Positions 52,601 to 64,000 of a stretch of 64,000 nt of DNA are shown here, one piece after another (within the stretch, counting starts at the first letter, position 1; the number at the start of each line of letters is the position of its first letter). The position numbers were made by a program, and so were the translations under genes. Source of the stretch: the human T2T-CHM13v2.0 reference genome, Homo sapiens; NCBI RefSeq assembly GCF_009914755.1, contig NC_060942.1; one strand, written 5' to 3'. The notes under the pieces were generated by a model. That model saw only the letters and a list, made by a program, of their open reading frames with translations, did no database searches and had not been told where the DNA came from.

Positions 52601-55600
52601 AAACTTGTTTATGCTGTATCTACTCAACTAACAAAGTTGAACCTTTCTTTTGATAGAGCAGTTTTGAAATGGTCTTTTTGTGGAATCTGCAAGTGGATAT
52701 TTGGCTAGTTTTGAGGATTTCGTTGGAAGCGGGAATTCATACAAATTGCAGACTGCAGCGTTCTGAGAAACATCTTTGTGATGTTTGTATTCAGGACACA
52801 GAGTTGAACATTCCCTATCATAGAGCAGGTTGGAATCACTCCTTTTGTAGTATCTGGAAGTGGACATTTGGAGCGCTTTCAGGCCTATTTTGGAAAGGGA
52901 AATATCTTCCCGTAACAACTATGCAGAAGCATTCTCAGAAACTTGTTTGTGATGTGTGCCCTCTACTGACAGAGTTGAACCTTTCTTTTCATAGAGCAGT
53001 TTTGAAACACTCTTTTTGTAGAATCTGCAAGAGGATATTTGCATAGCTTTGAGGATTTCGTGGGAAACGGGATTGTCTTCAGGTAAAATCTAGACAGAAG
53101 CATTCTCAGAAACTTCTTTGGGATGTTTGCATTCAAGTCACAGAGTAGAACATTCCCTTTGGTAGAGCAGGTTTGAAACACTCTTTTTGTAGTATCTGGA
53201 AGTGGACATTTGGAGCGCTTTCAGGCCCATGTTGGAAAGGGAAATATCTTCCCGTAACAACTAGGCAGAAGCATTCTCAGAAACTTATTTGAGATGTGTG
53301 TACTCAACTAAGAGAATTGAACCACCGTTTTGAAGGAGCAGTTTTGAAACACTCTTTTTCTGGAATCTGCAAGAGGATATTTGCCTAGCCTTGAGGATTT
53401 CGTTGGAAACGGGATTGTCTTCAGAGAAAATCTAGACAGAAGCATTCTCAGAAACTTCTTTGGGATGCTTGCATTCAAGTCACAGAGTAGAACATTCCCT
53501 TTGGTAGAGCAGGTTTGAAACACTCTTTTTGTAGTATCTGGAAGTGGACATTTGGAGCGCTTTCAGGCCTACGTTGGAAAAGGAAATATCTTCCCATAAC
53601 AACTAGACAGAAGCATTCTCAGAAACTCGTTTCTGATGTGTGTCCTCAACTAACACAGTTGAACATTTCTTTAGACAGAACAGTTTTGAAACACTCTTTT
53701 TGTGGAATCTGCAAGTGGCTATTTGGCTAGATTTGAGGATTTCGTTGGAAACGGGATTACATATAAAAAGCAGTCAGCAGCATTCTCAGAAAGTTCTTTG
53801 TGATGATTGCATTCAAGTCACAGAATTGAACATTCCCTTTCACAGAGCAGGTTTGAAACACTCTTTTTGTAGTGTGTGTAAGTGGACATTTGGAGCACTT
53901 ACCGGCCTAAGGTGAAAAAGGAAATATCTTCCCATAAAAACTAGACAGAAGCATTCTCAGAAACTTACTCGTGATGTGTGTCCTCAACTAAAGGAGTAGA
54001 ACCTTTCTTTTCATAGAGAAGTTTTGAAACGCTCTTTTTGTGGAATCTGCAAGTGGATATTTGGCTAGTTTTGAGGATTTCGTTGGAAGCGGGAATTCAT
54101 ACAAATTGCAGACTGCAGCGTTCTGAGAAACATCTTTGTGATGTTTGTATTCAGGACACAGAGTTGAACATTCCCTATCATAGAGCAGGTTTGAATCACT
54201 CCTTTTGTAGTATCTGGAAGTGGACATTTGGAGCGCTTTCAGGCCTATGTTGGAAAAGGAAATATCTTCCCATAACAACTAGACAGAAGCATTCTCAGAA
54301 ACTTATTTGAGATGTGTGTACTCAACTAAGAGAATTGAACCACCGTTTTGAAGGAGCAGTTTTGAAACTCTCTTTTTCTGGAATCTGCAAGTGGATATTT
54401 GGCTAGCTTTGGGGATTTCGCTGGAAGCGGGAATACATATAAAAAGCACACAGCAGCGTTCTGAGAAACTGCTTTCTGATGTTTGCATTCAAGTCAAAAG
54501 TTGAACACTCCCTTTCATAGAGCAGTCCTGAAACACCCCTTTTGTAGTATCTGGAACTGGACTTTTGGAGCGATTTCAGGGCTAAGGTGAAAAAGGAAAT
54601 ATCTTCCCATAAAAACTGGACAGAAGCATTCTCAGAAACTTGTTTATGCTGTATCTACTCAACTAACAAAGTTGAACCTTTCTTTTGATAGAGCAGTTTT
54701 GAAATGGTCTTTTTGTGGAATCTGCAAGTGGATATTTGGCTAGTTTTGAGGATTTCGTTGGAAGCGGGAATTCATACAAATTGCAGACTGCAGCGTTCTG
54801 AGAAACATCTTTGTGATGTTTGTATTCAGGACACAGAGTTGAACATTCCCTATCATAGAGCAGGTTGGAATCACTCCTTTTGTAGTATCTGGAAGTGGAC
54901 ATTTGGAGCGCTTTCAGGCCTATTTTGGAAAGGGAAATATCTTCCCGTAACAACTATGCAGAAGCATTCTCAGAAACTTGTTTGTGATGTGTGCCCTCTA
55001 CTGACAGAGTTGAACCTTTCTTTTCATAGAGCAGTTTTGAAACACTCTTTTTGTAGAATCTGCAAGAGGATATTTGCATAGCTTTGAGGATTTCGTGGGA
55101 AACGGGATTGTCTTCAGGTAAAATCTAGACAGAAGCATTCTCAGAAACTTCTTTGGGATGTTTGCATTCAAGTCACAGAGTAGAACATTCCCTTTGGTAG
55201 AGCAGGTTTGAAACACTCTTTTTGTAGTATCTGGAAGTGGACATTTGGAGCGCTTTCAGGCCCATGTTGGAAAGGGAAATATCTTCCCGTAACAACTAGG
55301 CAGAAGCATTCTCAGAAACTTATTTGAGATGTGTGTACTCAACTAAGAGAATTGAACCACCGTTTTGAAGGAGCAGTTTTGAAACACTCTTTTTCTGGAA
55401 TCTGCAAGAGGATATTTGCCTAGCCTTGAGGATTTCGTTGGAAACGGGATTGTCTTCAGAGAAAATCTAGACAGAAGCATTCTCAGAAACTTCTTTGGGA
55501 TGCTTGCATTCAAGTCACAGAGTAGAACATTCCCTTTGGTAGAGCAGGTTTGAAACACTCTTTTTGTAGTATCTGGAAGTGGACATTTGGAGCGCTTTCA

Positions 55601-58600
55601 GGCCTACGTTGGAAAAGGAAATATCTTCCCATAACAACTAGACAGAAGCATTCTCAGAAACTCGTTTCTGATGTGTGTCCTCAACTAACACAGTTGAACA
55701 TTTCTTTAGACAGAACAGTTTTGAAACACTCTTTTTGTGGAATCTGCAAGTGGCTATTTGGCTAGATTTGAGGATTTCGTTGGAAACGGGATTACATATA
55801 AAAAGCAGTCAGCAGCATTCTCAGAAAGTTCTTTGTGATGATTGCATTCAAGTCACAGAATTGAACATTCCCTTTCACAGAGCAGGTTTGAAACACTCTT
55901 TTTGTAGTGTGTGTAAGTGGACATTTGGAGCACTTACCGGCCTAAGGTGAAAAAGGAAATATCTTCCCATAAAAACTAGACAGAAGCATTCTCAGAAACT
56001 TACTCGTGATGTGTGTCCTCAACTAAAGGAGTAGAACCTTTCTTTTCATAGAGAAGTTTTGAAACGCTCTTTTTGTGGAATCTGCAAGTGGATATTTGGC
56101 TAGTTTTGAGGATTTCGTTGGAAGCGGGAATTCATACAAATTGCAGACTGCAGCGTTCTGAGAAACATCTTTGTGATGTTTGTATTCAGGACACAGAGTT
56201 GAACATTCCCTATCATAGAGCAGGTTTGAATCACTCCTTTTGTAGTATCTGGAAGTGGACATTTGGAGCGCTTTCAGGCCTATGTTGGAAAAGGAAATAT
56301 CTTCCCATAACAACTAGACAGAAGCATTCTCAGAAACTTATTTGAGATGTGTGTACTCAACTAAGAGAATTGAACCACCGTTTTGAAGGAGCAGTTTTGA
56401 AACTCTCTTTTTCTGGAATCTGCAAGTGGATATTTGGCTAGCTTTGGGGATTTCGCTGGAAGCGGGAATACATATAAAAAGCACACAGCAGCGTTCTGAG
56501 AAACTGCTTTCTGATGTTTGCATTCAAGTCAAAAGTTGAACACTCCCTTTCATAGAGCAGTCCTGAAACACCCCTTTTGTAGTATCTGGAACTGGACTTT
56601 TGGAGCGATTTCAGGGCTAAGGTGAAAAAGGAAATATCTTCCCATAAAAACTGGACAGAAGCATTCTCAGAAACTTGTTTATGCTGTATCTACTCAACTA
56701 ACAAAGTTGAACCTTTCTTTTGATAGAGCAGTTTTGAAATGGTCTTTTTGTGGAATCTGCAAGTGGATATTTGGCTAGTTTTGAGGATTTCGTTGGAAGC
56801 GGGAATTCATACAAATTGCAGACTGCAGCGTTCTGAGAAACATCTTTGTGATGTTTGTATTCAGGACACAGAGTTGAACATTCCCTATCATAGAGCAGGT
56901 TGGAATCACTCCTTTTGTAGTATCTGGAAGTGGACATTTGGAGCGCTTTCAGGCCTATTTTGGAAAGGGAAATATCTTCCTGTAACAACTATGCAGAAGC
57001 ATTCTCAGAAACTTGTTTGTGATGTGTGCCCTCTACTGACAGAGTTGAACCTTTCTTTTCATAGAGCAGTTTTGAAACACTCTTTTTGTAGAATCTGCAA
57101 GAGGATATTTGCATAGCTTTGAGGATTTCGTGGGAAACGGGATTGTCTTCAGGTAAAATCTAGACAGAAGCATTCTCAGAAACTTCTTTGGGATGTTTGC
57201 ATTCAAGTCACAGAGTAGAACATTCCCTTTGGTAGAGCAGGTTTGAAACACTTTTTTTGTAGTATCTGGAAGTGGACATTTGGAGCGCTTTCAGGCCCAT
57301 GTTGGAAAGGGAAATATCTTCCCGTAACAACTAGGCAGAAGCATTCTCAGAAACTTATTTGAGATGTGTGTACTCAACTAAGAGAATTGAACCACCGTTT
57401 TGAAGGAGCAGTTTTGAAACACTCTTTTTCTGGAATCTGCAAGAGGATATTTGCCTAGCCTTGAGGATTTCGTTGGAAACGGGATTGTCTTCAGAGAAAA
57501 TCTAGACAGAAGCATTCTCAGAAACTTCTTTGGGATGCTTGCATTCAAGTCACAGAGTAGAACATTCCCTTTGGTAGAGCAGGTTTGAAACACTCTTTTT
57601 GTAGTATCTGGAAGTGGACATTTGGAGCGCTTTCAGGCCTACGTTGGAAAAGGAAATATCTTCCCATAACAACTAGACAGAAGCATTCTCAGAAACTCGT
57701 TTCTGATGTGTGTCCTCAACTAACACAGTTGAACATTTCTTTAGACAGAACAGTTTTGAAACACTCTTTTTGTGGAATCTGCAAGTGGCTATTTGGCTAG
57801 ATTTGAGGATTTCGTTGGAAACGGGATTACATATAAAAAGCAGTCAGCAGCATTCTCAGAAAGTTCTTTGTGATGATTGCATTCAAGTCACAGAATTGAA
57901 CATTCCCTTTCACAGAACAGGTTTGAAACACTCTTTTTGTAGTGTGTGTAAGTGGACATTTGGAGCACTTACCGGCCTAAGGTGAAAAAGGAAATATCTT
58001 CCCATAAAAACTAGACAGAAGCATTCTCAGAAACTTACTCGTGATGTGTGTCCTCAACTAAAGGAGTAGAACCTTTCTTTTCATAGAGAAGTTTTGAAAC
58101 GCTCTTTTTGTGGAATCTGCAAGTGGATATTTGGCTAGTTTTGAGGATTTCGTTGGAAGCGGGAATTCATACAAATTGCAGACTGCAGCGTTCTGAGAAA
58201 CATCTTTGTGATGTTTGTATTCAGGACACAGAGTTGAACATTCCCTATCATAGAGCAGGTTTGAATCACTCCTTTTGTAGTATCTGGAAGTGGACATTTG
58301 GAGCGCTTTCAGGCCTATGTTGGAAAAGGAAATATCTTCCCATAACAACTAGACAGAAGCATTCTCAGAAACTTATTTGAGATGTGTGTACTCAACTAAG
58401 AGAATTGAACCACCGTTTTGAAGGAGCAGTTTTGAAACTCTCTTTTTCTGGAATCTGCAAGTGGATATTTGGCTAGCTTTGGGGATTTCGCTGGAAGCGG
58501 GAATACATATAAAAAGCACACAGCAGCGTTCTGAGAAACTGCTTTCTGATGTTTGCATTCAAGTCAAAAGTTGAACACTCCCTTTCATAGAGCAGTCCTG

Positions 58601-61600
58601 AAACACCCCTTTTGTAGTATCTGGAACTGGACTTTTGGAGCGATTTCAGGGCTAAGGTGAAAAAGGAAATATCTTCCCATAAAAACTGGACAGAAGCATT
58701 CTCAGAAACTTGTTTATGCTGTATCTACTCAACTAACAAAGTTGAACCTTTCTTTTGATAGAGCAGTTTTGAAATGGTCTTTTTGTGGAATCTGCAAGTG
58801 GATATTTGGCTAGTTTTGAGGATTTCGTTGGAAGCGGGAATTCATACAAATTGCAGACTGCAGCGTTCTGAGAAACATCTTTGTGATGTTTGTATTCAGG
58901 ACACAGAGTTGAACATTCCCTATCATAGAGCAGGTTGGAATCACTCCTTTTGTAGTATCTGGAAGTGGACATTTGGAGCGCTTTCAGGCCTATTTTGGAA
59001 AGGGAAATATCTTCCCGTAACAACTATGCAGAAGCATTCTCAGAAACTTGTTTGTGATGTGTGCCCTCTACTGACAGAGTTGAACCTTTCTTTTCATAGA
59101 GCAGTTTTGAAACACTCTTTTTGTAGAATCTGCAAGAGGATATTTGCATAGCTTTGAGGATTTCGTGGGAAACGGGATTGTCTTCAGGTAAAATCTAGAC
59201 AGAAGCATTCTCAGAAACTTCTTTGGGATGTTTGCATTCAAGTCACAGAGTAGAACATTCCCTTTGGTAGAGCAGGTTTGAAACACTCTTTTTGTAGTAT
59301 CTGGAAGTGGACATTTGGAGCGCTTTCAGGCCCATGTTGGAAAGGGAAATATCTTCCCGTAACAACTAGGCAGAAGCATTCTCAGAAACTTATTTGAGAT
59401 GTGTGTACTCAACTAAGAGAATTGAACCACCGTTTTGAAGGAGCAGTTTTGAAACACTCTTTTTCTGGAATCTGCAAGAGGATATTTGCCTAGCCTTGAG
59501 GATTTCGTTGGAAACGGGATTGTCTTCAGAGAAAATCTAGACAGAAGCATTCTCAGAAACTTCTTTGGGATGCTTGCATTCAAGTCACAGAGTAGAACAT
59601 TCCCTTTGGTAGAGCAGGTTTGAAACACTCTTTTTTTAGTATCTGGAAGTGGACATTTGGAGCGCTTTCAGGCCTACGTTGGAAAAGGAAATATCTTCCC
59701 ATAACAACTAGACAGAAGCATTCTCAGAAACTCGTTTCTGATGTGTGTCCTCAACTAACACAGTTGAACATTTCTTTAGACAGAACAGTTTTGAAACACT
59801 CTTTTTGTGGAATCTGCAAGTGGCTATTTGGCTAGATTTGAGGATTTCGTTGGAAACGGGATTACATATAAAAAGCAGTCAGCAGCATTCTCAGAAAGTT
59901 CTTTGTGATGATTGCATTCAAGTCACAGAATTGAACATTCCCTTTCACAGAGCAGGTTTGAAACACTCTTTTTGTAGTGTGTGTAAGTGGACATTTGGAG
60001 CACTTACCGGCCTAAGGTGAAAAAGGAAATATCTTCCCATAAAAACAAGACAGAAGCATTCTCAGAAACTTACTCGTGATGTGTGTCCTCAACTAAAGGA
60101 GTAGAACCTTTCTTTTCATAGAGAAGTTTTGAAACGCTCTTTTTGTGGAATCTGCAAGTGGATATTTGGCTAGTTTTGAGGATTTCGTTGGAAGCGGGAA
60201 TTCATACAAATTGCAGACTGCAGCGTTCTGAGAAACATCTTTGTGATGTTTGTATTCAGGACACAGAGTTGAACATTCCCTATCATAGAGCAGGTTTGAA
60301 TCACTCCTTTTGTAGTATCTGGAAGTGGACATTTGGAGCGCTTTCAGGCCTATGTTGGAAAAGGAAATATCTTCCCATAACAACTAGACAGAAGCATTCT
60401 CAGAAACTTATTTGAGATGTGTGTACTCAACTAAGAGAATTGAACCACCGTTTTGAAGGAGCAGTTTTGAAACTCTCTTTTTCTGGAATCTGCAAGTGGA
60501 TATTTGGCTAGCTTTGGGGATTTCGCTGGAAGCGGGAATACATATAAAAAGCACACAGCAGCGTTCTGAGAAACTGCTTTCTGATGTTTGCATTCAAGTC
60601 AAAAGTTGAACACTCCCTTTCATAGAGCAGTCCTGAAACACCCCTTTTGTAGTATCTGGAACTGGACTTTTGGAGCGATTTCAGGGCTAAGGTGAAAAAG
60701 GAAATATCTTCCCATAAAAACTGGACAGAAGCATTCTCAGAAACTTGTTTATGCTGTATCTACTCAACTAACAAAGTTGAACCTTTCTTTTGATAGAGCA
60801 GTTTTGAAATGGTCTTTTTGTGGAATCTGCAAGTGGATATTTGGCTAGTTTTGAGGATTTCGTTGGAAGCGGGAATTCATACAAATTGCAGACTGCAGCG
60901 TTCTGAGAAACATCTTTGTGATGTTTGTATTCAGGACACAGAGTTGAACATTCCCTATCATAGAGCAGGTTGGAATCACTCCTTTTGTAGTATCTGGAAG
61001 TGGACATTTGGAGCGCTTTCAGGCCTATTTTGGAAAGGGAAATATCTTCCCGTAACAACTATGCAGAAGCATTCTCAGAAACTTGTTTGTGATGTGTGCC
61101 CTCTACTGACAGAGTTGAACCTTTCTTTTCATAGAGCAGTTTTGAAACACTCTTTTTGTAGAATCTGCAAGAGGATATTTGCATAGCTTTGAGGATTTCG
61201 TGGGAAACGGGATTGTCTTCAGGTAAAATCTAGACAGAAGCATTCTCAGAAACTTCTTTGGGATGTTTGCATTCAAGTCACAGAGTAGAACATTCCCTTT
61301 GGTAGAGCAGGTTTGAAACACTCTTTTTGTAGTATCTGGAAGTGGACATTTGGAGCGCTTTCAGGCCCATGTTGGAAAGGGAAATATCTTCCCGTAACAA
61401 CTAGGCAGAAGCATTCTCAGAAACTTATTTGAGATGTGTGTACTCAACTAAGAGAATTGAACCACCGTTTTGAAGGAGCAGTTTTGAAACACTCTTTTTC
61501 TGGAATCTGCAAGAGGATATTTGCCTAGCCTTGAGGATTTCGTTGGAAACGGGATTGTCTTCAGAGAAAATCTAGACAGAAGCATTCTCAGAAACTTCTT

Positions 61601-64000
61601 TGGGATGCTTGCATTCAAGTCACAGAGTAGAACATTCCCTTTGGTAGAGCAGGTTTGAAACACTCTTTTTGTAGTATCTGGAAGTGGACATTTGGAGCGC
61701 TTTCAGGCCTACGTTGGAAAAGGAAATATCTTCCCATAACAACTAGACAGAAGCATTCTCAGAAACTCGTTTCTGATGTGTGTCCTCAACTAACACAGTT
61801 GAACATTTCTTTAGACAGAACAGTTTTGAAACACTCTTTTTGTGGAATCTGCAAGTGGCTATTTGGCTAGATTTGAGGATTTCGTTGGAAACGGGATTAC
61901 ATATAAAAAGCAGTCAGCAGCATTCTCAGAAAGTTCTTTGTGATGATTGCATTCAAGTCACAGAATTGAACATTCCCTTTCACAGAGCAGGTTTGAAACA
62001 CTCTTTTTGTAGTGTGTGTAAGTGGACATTTGGAGCACTTACCGGCCTAAGGTGAAAAAGGAAATATCTTCCCATAAAAACTAGACAGAAGCATTCTCAG
62101 AAACTTACTCGTGATGTGTGTCCTCAACTAAAGGAGTAGAACCTTTCTTTTCATAGAGAAGTTTTGAAACGCTCTTTTTGTGGAATCTGCAAGTGGATAT
62201 TTGGCTAGTTTTGAGGATTTCGTTGGAAGCGGGAATTCATACAAATTGCAGACTGCAGCGTTCTGAGAAACATCTTTGTGATGTTTGTATTCAGGACACA
62301 GAGTTGAACATTCCCTATCATAGAGCAGGTTTGAATCACTCCTTTTGTAGTATCTGGAAGTGGACATTTGGAGCGCTTTCAGGCCTATGTTGGAAAAGGA
62401 AATATCTTCCCATAACAACTAGACAGAAGCATTCTCAGAAACTTATTTGAGATGTGTGTACTCAACTAAGAGAATTGAACCACCGTTTTGAAGGAGCAGT
62501 TTTGAAACTCTCTTTTTCTGGAATCTGCAAGTGGATATTTGGCTAGCTTTGGGGATTTCGCTGGAAGCGGGAATACATATAAAAAGCACACAGCAGCGTT
62601 CTGAGAAACTGCTTTCTGATGTTTGCATTCAAGTCAAAAGTTGAACACTCCCTTTCATAGAGCAGTCCTGAAACACCCCTTTTGTAGTATCTGGAACTGG
62701 ACTTTTGGAGCGATTTCAGGGCTAAGGTGAAAAAGGAAATATCTTCCCATAAAAACTGGACAGAAGCATTCTCAGAAACTTGTTTATGCTGTATCTACTC
62801 AACTAACAAAGTTGAACCTTTCTTTTGATAGAGCAGTTTTGAAATGGTCTTTTTGTGGAATCTGCAAGTGGATATTTGGCTAGTTTTGAGGATTTCGTTG
62901 GAAGCGGGAATTCATACAAATTGCAGACTGCAGCGTTCTGAGAAACATCTTTGTGATGTTTGTATTCAGGACACAGAGTTGAACATTCCCTATCATAGAG
63001 CAGGTTGGAATCACTCCTTTTGTAGTATCTGGAAGTGGACATTTGGAGCGCTTTCAGGCCTATTTTGGAAAGGGAAATATCTTCCCGTAACAACTATGCA
63101 GAAGCATTCTCAGAAACTTGTTTGTGATGTGTGCCCTCTACTGACAGAGTTGAACCTTTCTTTTCATAGAGCAGTTTTGAAACACTCTTTTTGTAGAATC
63201 TGCAAGAGGATATTTGCATAGCTTTGAGGATTTCGTGGGAAACGGGATTGTCTTCAGGTAAAATCTAGACAGAAGCATTCTCAGAAACTTCTTTGGGATG
63301 TTTGCATTCAAGTCACAGAGTAGAACATTCCCTTTGGTAGAGCAGGTTTGAAACACTCTTTTTGTAGTATCTGGAAGTGGACATTTGGAGCGCTTTCAGG
63401 CCCATGTTGGAAAGGGAAATATCTTCCCGTAACAACTAGGCAGAAGCATTCTCAGAAACTTATTTGAGATGTGTGTACTCAACTAAGAGAATTGAACCAC
63501 CGTTTTGAAGGAGCAGTTTTGAAACACTCTTTTTCTGGAATCTGCAAGAGGATATTTGCCTAGCCTTGAGGATTTCGTTGGAAACGGGATTGTCTTCAGA
63601 GAAAATCTAGACAGAAGCATTCTCAGAAACTTCTTTGGGATGCTTGCATTCAAGTCACAGAGTAGAACATTCCCTTTGGTAGAGCAGGTTTGAAACACTC
63701 TTTTTGTAGTATCTGGAAGTGGACATTTGGAGCGCTTTCAGGCCTACGTTGGAAAAGGAAATATCTTCCCATAACAACTAGACAGAAGCATTCTCAGAAA
63801 CTCGTTTCTGATGTGTGTCCTCAACTAACACAGTTGAACATTTCTTTAGACAGAACAGTTTTGAAACACTCTTTTTGTGGAATCTGCAAGTGGCTATTTG
63901 GCTAGATTTGAGGATTTCGTTGGAAACGGGATTACATATAAAAAGCAGTCAGCAGCATTCTCAGAAAGTTCTTTGTGATGATTGCATTCAAGTCACAGAA
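37651..64000 (+). repeat. Twelve complete 12-mer HORs plus a final partial unit (62071-64000)
   Basis: Starts at 37651, 39686, 41721, 43756, 45791, 47826, 49861, 51896, 53931, 55966, 58001, 60036, 62071; all 2035 apart. Confidence 0.97.
47826..64000 (+). repeat. Tandem duplication of four HORs (8140-bp period; boundaries approximate)
   Basis: Four rare SNVs repeat exactly 8140 bp apart: 48841/56981, 49113/57253, 51496/59636, 51907/60047. Confidence 0.9.

Larger units (their letters stand above)
1..64000 (+). repeat. Alpha-satellite (alphoid) centromeric higher-order repeat array, about 377 monomers, single orientation
   Basis: Seen: the landmark TTCT(C/G)AGAA recurs at 24,191,362,529,699,866,1037,1208,1379,1550,1721,1888,2059 (167-171 bp steps). 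Typical alphoid motifs are present (CATTCTCAGAAAC, TTGAAACACTCTTTTTGTAG, GGAAATATCTTCCC), with CENP-B boxes. The ORF track repeats every 2035 bp. Confidence 0.99.

Noticed and set aside
58-63905. About 280 ORFs of 61-125 aa on both strands (e.g. 774-1151, 125 aa)
   Set aside because: They are translations of alpha-satellite monomers that recur with the HOR period and overlap on both strands. Many start at non-ATG codons and none has a recognisable domain. Similar 'hypothetical proteins' in databases generally come from satellite mis-annotation or contamination.
1-64000. CRISPR-like pattern of conserved motifs at regular spacing
   Set aside because: The sequence between motifs is itself repeated, so there are no unique spacers. 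The period is about 171 bp and no cas genes are present.
1-64000. Hidden non-satellite insertion (L1/Alu), inversion or novel gene system
   Set aside because: Unit lengths account for every base (28x2035 + 5x1018 + 1930 = 64000) and orientation never changes, leaving no room for inserted sequence.

Overview
The whole 64 kb window is an uninterrupted, head-to-tail primate alpha-satellite higher-order repeat (HOR) array of about 377 monomers of 167-171 bp, all in one orientation. It comprises 28 complete 2035-bp 12-mer HORs, five 1018-bp 6-mer deletion variants and a final partial 12-mer. A CENP-B box sits in every second monomer (dimeric, SF2-like). The 12-mer length and the EcoRI spacing (675 + 1360 bp) best match the human chromosome 18 array D18Z1; that assignment is from recall and needs an alignment. 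I found no genes, RNA genes, transposon insertions, inversions or CRISPR arrays, and every ORF in the track is a by-product of the repeat. I found no new protein-coding system. The unexplained structure is evolutionary: a single-origin 6-mer formed at a 108-bp internal homology, nested super-repeats (18-mer x3, 30-mer x2, 48-mer x2, and a copy 15.3 kb away), SNV haplotype domains, and signs of intra-HOR gene conversion. SNVs were read by eye, so some may be missed. 'HOR position' means the offset within a unit phased as 1-2035.
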